A stretch of 64,000 nucleotides of DNA from Rebecca billardiae RCC1528 (lineage: Eukaryota > Protista > Haptophyta). Below are positions 57,857 through 64,000 of this stretch, in pieces; the stretch's first letter is position 1, and each line of letters starts with the position of its first letter. The notes beneath the pieces are model-generated. The model searched no databases. It was given only the letters and a program-made list of their open reading frames with translations, and was not told the DNA's origin. Position numbers and translations under genes: made by a program. The DNA lies in the NCBI GenBank assembly GCA_965240325.2, contig OZ251227.1, positions 372,001-436,000 of the forward strand. Reading direction: 5' to 3'.

Positions 57857-60106
57857 TCAGGCGCCGGCCGTGCCCGCCGCGCTGGCGGTCCCCGCGGTTG
57901 CGCTCGCGGCCGCCGAGCTCAGCAGCGCGTCCTTCTCGCCGCTGTTCATGCGCGTGACCAAGGACGGCGCAGCGACCTTCACCTTCGGGAAGAAGGCGAG
58001 CAGCGACATCGAGCCGCGCAGCACATCGCTGTTGTGCACGTGGTTGATCTCCGCGCGCTTGATCAGGTTCTCCACGCGGTCGTTCAGCTTGAACGTCTCG
58101 AAGACGTGCTGGTCCGGGGCGACCGCGAGCAGCGCCTTGATCGCGTTGTGCTGCACCGCGCCCTGCATCGGGTGCTCCTCCATCGCCATCGCGATCACGT
58201 CGGCGGCGCGCTGCGTGACGAAGGTGTCGGACAGCTTCGGATCTGCGCGCGGGGGCACGGGGACGGCGCCCGGACGGGGCGCGCACGCGGCACGTGGTCA
58301 GTGCGACGGTGCCGGCACGCGCGCTCGTGGGCGGCGCGTCGCGGGCAGCGTGGCGCGCACGTGAGAGCATCAGCGAGCGGATGGCGCCGCAGCCGTGCTC
58401 CTGCACGAGCGAGTGGCGCGGCATGTCGCGCATGGCCTTGCACGTGAGCACAAGCGCCTGGGCCGCGATCGCTATGCTGCGCTTCTTCTGCTCGGCACTC
58501 TGCTCCACCGTGCTGGCCTTGCGGCCGCGCGCCGCCCCCCTGCTGTCGTCGGCCGTTGTGCGCTTGCGCCCGCGCGGACCGCCTGCGCGGCCGCCGCCCG
58601 CCCTGGCCTGCAACGACCGGAGCAGCGGCGCGGAGCGCGCCTGCGCGGCGGCGCCACGCGCACCCCGCCCGCCGCTGGGCGCCTCGCCACCCTCGCCGCC
58701 CTCCCCGCCCGCCGCCGTCGCGTTGCCGGAGCCGATCGGCGGGAGCGCGGGCGAGGGCGTGGCTGCGGCTGCCGCGTGCTGCTTGGGCCTGCCGCTCGGC
58801 GGCGGCGAATGCGCGCCCTCGCCCGCGGCCGCGCCGTCGGCGGCGGCGGCGGCGATCGGCGTGGGCGAGTTCAAGATGCCCGCGGGCGCGTCCGCCTGCA
58901 GGTCCGCCATCTCGGCGCCGATGATCACGCGCAGCGCGCCCGCCGCGTTGTACAGCAGCATCCGGTGCGCGGCGATGATGCGCGCGGGCGCGAGGTTGCC
59001 GCGCTCGTTCGGGTGGCGCGCGATGGCGCGCAGGATGAGGTGGGTGGCGCCCGAGTCGGCGGCCTGCTCGCGCGAGGGGGCGTCACAGAACATGAGCTTC
59101 CACACGAAGCCGATCGCCGCGGACTGCACGTCCAGGTGGTCCTCGTGCACCTGCAGCGTGGTGAGCGCGAGCGAGAGCGCGCCCGCCTCCTTGAGCTGGC
59201 GCGCGTTCTCGTCCGCGGGCTTGACGGCGAGCAGCGAGGCCACGGCCATCCAGCCCTCGCGCTGGAGCTCGCGCTTGATCGGGAAGTCGCGCAGCGCCTC
59301 GAGCACGAGCAGCGGCACCGCGCGCGCGCCGCCCTGCGCCGTCGCCTCGTGGTGCGTGAGGATGGGCAGCAGGCTGTTCAGCCGCTCAACCTCCGCCTGC
59401 AGCGCCTCGAGCCGCGCCTGGCCCTCCTCCGTGCCCGCGGCCAGCGACTTGGCGTGCTCCTGCGCGCGCATGTACTCGGCGTGGAGCTCGAGCTTGCGCG
59501 CCTGCTCGCTCAGGATCGCGTTCTCCTCCTCCGCCTGCGCCTTGTTCAGCCGGCGCGACGCCTCGAGCTCCTCGGCCATCCGCGTCTCCTCCGCGCCCTG
59601 CTCGGACACGAGCTCGGCGTACCGGCGCTCCAGCTCGAGCGCGGCGTCCTTCTGCTTGTCGATCTCGCTCTTGAGGTAGACGACCACCTCCTTCTGGTCC
59701 TCCCGCTCCTTCTCCTTGCTCAGGCGCAGCTCCTCCATCAGCTCCCACACCTCCACCACGCGATCGTTGCTGCGCGCGCACGACGCACGGCGGGAGCAGC
59801 AGGGGTTGGAGGCTGGGGGGGAGCGGCATGGGCCTGGGGAACGCGCACGAGGGGCGGAGCGGCGCGCACCCCTTCTTCAGCTTCTCCTGAAGGTGCTCTA
59901 CTTGTAGTCGCATCTCCTCGCGCTCGAGCTCGGTGACCGGCGGCCTGCGCGCACAAGTGCCAGACCGGCCGCGCGGTGCGGAACGCGTGAGCAACGCGGC
60001 GCGCGGCGCAGAGCGGCCTGCAGGCGCGCGCGCGACGCACGACATGCGCGTACGCGAGGAGTTCCTCCTCCGGTGGCGGAGGCTCCGCCTTCTTCTTCGG
60101 CGGCAT
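57857..60106 (-). CDS. Coiled-coil (CFAP157/BBOF1-like N-terminus) + armadillo-repeat protein, 4 exons
   Basis: MPPKKKAE start. Introns 59945-60053, 59770-59869 and 58243-58360 keep the frame. TELEREEMRLQVEHLQEKL...EDQKEVVVYLKSEI is followed by ARM-like repeats (H.D..DVQ.AA, VQEHGCGAI). Confidence 0.65.
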
Positions 60107-60281
60107 CGTTCAGTCTCGTGCGAGGGGCTCCCTTGGATCAGTGCCGCCGGTCGGCAGGCGCCATTGTTGTGATCCAGCTCAAGACATGAAACGCAACAGC
60201 CGCTCCCGGACTCTGGATGAGGTCCGGATTGGGACCCGCCACCATTGCCTCACCCTCACTCACGTCGACGCGCTCGTCGCC

Positions 60282-62019
60282 ATGCTGACGCCCATCTTGC
60301 CCGTGGGCGCCGACGGGCGGCTGGAGCTGCCGCCGGTCTGCGCCACCGGCGCGCCGCCGGAGCGCACGGAGACCCTCACGCTCGCCAAGAGCCTCGCCTT
60401 CTGCGGCGATGTCGAGCTCAGCCTGAACACGCCGCTGCCGCCCGCGGATGCATCGGCCGAGGTGCTCGAGCTGATGCACTCGACGCACTGCTGGGTCGGC
60501 CCGCTCGGACTCACCACGTCATCCGAGCCGATCGTCGTGGACTGGCTCGACAAGGGCGCCCGCGCCGTCCTCATCGACCCGGTCACCTCCTCCACCGACC
60601 CGACAGAGATGCGCACGATGCTCTCGGCGCTGCCCAAGGACCGGCTGGCGCTCGTGGTGTGCTGGGAGGGCGCGCGCACGAAGCAGGGGCTGCAAGCCGC
60701 GGTGAAGGAGGCGAGCACGCGTCTCCTCGCCGGCGGCACCGCCGAGCTCACCGACGTCGTCGGCACGCTGCACGTGCGCATCGCGTCGCCGCCGACGAGC
60801 CGCTCCGGCGCCGCAGCGGAGACGGGCGCGGCGGTGGGCGAGCTGCTGCGAGCGCTCGGGCGCGCACTCGGCGTGCGCATGCGGCTCGGCTTCGACGGTG
60901 CGCCGCCGAGCGTCGCCGACGTCGGCGCGCTGCACACGCTCGACGTGTCGGCGCACGCGACGGTCGCGCTCGCCACGCCGCGCGAGCAGAAGGTGTCGAT
61001 GCAGGCTCCGGCCTCCGTGGCCGCGGCGGTGGTGGCGTGCGCGCGCACGGACCGCTCCGACGGGCTGCTCACGACGGTGGTGGTGGACGAGTCGGGCATC
61101 TGCCTCGGCCTCGTCTACTCCTCCGCCGAGAGCGTCCAAGAGTCCGTGCGCGTCGGGCGCGGCGTGTACTACAGCCGCTCGCGCTCGTCGCTGTGGCGCA
61201 AGGGCGACACGTCAGGCGCGTGGCAGCAGCTCGTGGCGATCGCGGTGGACTGCGACTCGGACGCGCTGCGGTACACGGTGCGGCAGCACGGCACGCCGCC
61301 CGCCTTCTGCCACCTCGGCACGCGCACGTGCTGGGGCGAGGCGGGCGGGCTGTACCACCTGCAGCAGACGCTGGCCGAGCGCCTCAAGAGCGCGCCCGCC
61401 GGCAGCTACACCAAGAAGCTCTTCGACGACCCGACGCTGCTGCGGCACAAGCTGCTCGAGGAGGCGCAGGTGCGCGCGGCGCGCGGCGCGCGGCGCGGCG
61501 GGCGGGCGCGCGAGGGCCACGCGGCGGCTCACCCGCCCCCCCCGCCGCCCCCTGCTCGCAGGAGCTGATCGAGGCGACCGAGCCGGACCACGTGGCGGCG
61601 GAGGCGGCTGACGTGTGCTACTTCATGCTCACGCGCTGCGTCGCCGCGGGCGTCACGATCGCCGACATCGAGGCGCATCTCAAGTGCGCCTGCGCGCGCG
61701 CCGGCGCGCGCGCACCGCCGCGGCGGCTTCGGCGTTGCGGCGAACTCACACGGCCGTGCCCCGGCGGCGCCACCCGCCCGCCCGCGCGTGCGTCCACGGC
61801 CGCAGCCGGCGCTCGCTCAAGGTGAAGAGGAGGCCCGGGCTGGCCAAGCCTGCTCGCGTCAAGGCGGCGGAGGAGGCGCTGGCGCAGCCCAAGCGCGGCG
61901 CGCCCGCGGCGGACCCGAGCGTGCTCCGCGCCGGCCGGCTGCGCTGCGCGACTGTCGTCGGCGCGAGTGCGCTGCTGGCTGGCCTCCTCACCATCGCCAG
62001 CAAGGCGCGCGCAGCGTGA
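60282..62019 (+). CDS. hisIE: Bifunctional phosphoribosyl-AMP cyclohydrolase / phosphoribosyl-ATP pyrophosphatase (fungal His4-type, no HisD domain), 3 exons
   Basis: YYSRSRSSLWRKGDTSG, DCDSD, FCHLGTRTCW, SYTKKLF, KLLEEAQEL and EAADVCYF. Introns 61470-61561 and 61684-61805. Confidence 0.92.
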
Positions 62020-62265
62020 ACAAACGTCCCACGAGCGACGCCGAGGGGCCCGCGAAGGAGTACTTGCGTGCGACGGACCGTGACTCGTGAGCCGAGGGCG
62101 CCAGCCGCGCCAGGGCATCCTCGCCCGCGCCCCCCCACGCCATCTGCACAGGCAGGACCGCATGCCCACAGGCTGCGCAGCCGGCGGACGACGCGGTATT
62201 CTAGCAGAACGCGAATATATGTATATATGTATATACATATATACATATATATATACTATATAGTT

Positions 62266-63922
62266 ATGGCCCGCGGTGCAGGGCGGAGCGCGCAGCGTGG
62301 AGCCCGCACCAGCGGGCCCGAACAACGTTTCAAAAAGATCTTTGTTCAAGAAAAAAGGGACGGGGGACGATTTTCATGGCTGGAGGAGACCGAGTTTCGA
62401 ATTTTGAGACCCTCTCTAACATGCATCACGGCCGAAAAAGGTCGCGCCCACGGCAAGTTCATAGTAAAGCGTGGAGTGACGCCCGTCCAAAAAACTTCAC
62501 GCCCTTTAGGATCCCTAACGTAACGAACCGTTACAAGCGATTTTTCCGGCCAATGAGATTGCAGCAAGGTCCAAGGAGCGATGACGTATCTAGATAGAGA
62601 TTGCCGCGAACCGATGTGACCATGTACGTCCCTTGAATCAGTTGAATCAACTATTCAATCGCGCCGTGTCTGTATCAGGAGCCGACGAGGCAAGGGTCAG
62701 TAGCGACAGTAGCCGATGGGCCAACCTCGGCGAATCTCAATACTATCTGACACCGGAGCGGGAGCCGGGGCGCCGGCGGGCCCGCGTTTTCTACGCCACG
62801 GCTGCGGCGAGACCGCGAGAGGATGAGGCGAGCTGACGAGCGACCGACGGGTGAGGACGGCGATGGGCAGGTGCGCGCGGCGAGTTGCGCCTGGAGCGCG
62901 CGGCTGCGGCGGGTCCCGACTGCCGTCGACATCGCGTTCGTGCCCCCGCTCACTCCGCGCGCCCCCGCCGCCCCGTGTCGATGCCTGCGCGCGGCCGCGC
63001 GCCGGTCGGCGCCGCGGCGCCCCGGCCGCGCCGCGGCAGCCGCCCTGTATTCGGGCTCTCGCAAGCTCGGGGGCAGCGGCGCCTGATGCCGGACTGATCG
63101 ATCTCTGAGTCTTCGACTTCACCACGCGCCGCCCTTGCCATGCCTTTCCGGGGAGCGCCGACGATCCGAGTCCATCGTCGACCGGTCGACTCTGAGCGAG
63201 GGCTACGCCTCGGAACTGAACGGTACTCTACGAGGAGGACGAGCTGCGCGGGCGACGGTGGTGCGTGACGTCCCCAGAGCTGGCTGTGCCTCTGCAACGC
63301 GTGCCGAGCCTGATCGAGGTGTGTCAGCCCGTGCACGCGCGGCGTGCGCGAATGATCTGTGACTGGTGCCCAGTCGCACCTCCGACCTCGGCACCGTGCT
63401 CCCTCGGGCTGTCAGCTCCGCGTGGCCTGGCGTGCACGTCGAGTTGCGCTCATGCGTCGATCACGCCTCGCGCCCGCCTGTCGGCCGTCGCGCAGGCGCT
63501 GGTCGAACCCTACTCGGACCAGTGCAAATCACCTAACTATCCTGGCGCTGCCGCGGTGCGCGGTGACCCGCGGCGGGACAGCGGTCAGTCAGCAGCAGCG
63601 GCCCGAACGAATCCGCGGCCCCGCACCGTGCTCCCTGGCTGTCAGCTTCGCGTGGCCTGGCGTGCACGTGGAGTCGCGCTCATGCGTCGATCACGCCTCG
63701 TCGCATCCGCCTGTACACAATCGGCGCCGCGCCGGCGGCTGCGAAGTGCGCCGATGGGCCCGCGCCCCGGGCGCGGCGGGCGGCGGCGCGCCGCTGGAGT
63801 CTAGTTGTACGGGCATGCAACTCCGGGTCTGTCAATAGACGACTGCGATGGAGGGTGCACCGCCACCGCGGGCCCTGAACTACGTTCGTTCTACGGAAAA
63901 GGACCGCGGAACGCGGTCATAT
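62266..63922 (+). mobile_element. Hairpin-ended element, copy D
   Basis: Same termini. Interior is a diverged inverted homolog of B. The 5' subterminal block resembles A. Confidence 0.85.
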
Positions 63923-64000
63923 CGGAGATTCGGAGCCACCCAACGGTTACTACTCCTAGCTATATAGGCCGCCGGTGTCAATAGTAGTTAGATAGTAGTG

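Overview
Very GC-rich, gene-dense eukaryotic DNA with short GC-rich GT-AG introns (GTGCGC...CGCAG) and bipartite plastid-targeting N-termini. This suggests an alga with a secondary red plastid, possibly a Pavlovales haptophyte (inference only). About 19 protein genes can be read: JmjC, patatin, WHIM-type chromatin factor, QSOX, two ~3000-aa UIM/ZnF/KH/USP53-54-like paralogs, PHAX-domain protein, GNAT, acylglycerol lipase, F-box/RCC1, GH99 endomannosidase, SLC52-like transporter, double-saposin Canopy-like protein, TPR protein, CFAP157-like/ARM protein, His4-type HisIE and three hypotheticals. Most sit in tight head-to-head pairs separated by (TA)n-rich convergent spacers. Most long ORFs in the supplied track are GC-driven shadow frames. 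Three things stand out. (1) Four copies of a non-autonomous element share invariant 53-bp and 35-bp hairpin termini, asymmetric inverted repeats, an AT target and reshuffled internal modules, which is a Helitron2/Helentron-like architecture with non-canonical ends. (2) The two giant USP paralogs are highly diverged except for an almost identical ~1.5-kb catalytic cassette, introns included. (3) Each USP paralog has a different inverted-repeat element (a 1.0-kb TA-flanked TIR element; a 1.55-kb foldback) 225-260 bp upstream of its start codon. All family assignments come from motif recognition by eye; no searches were run.
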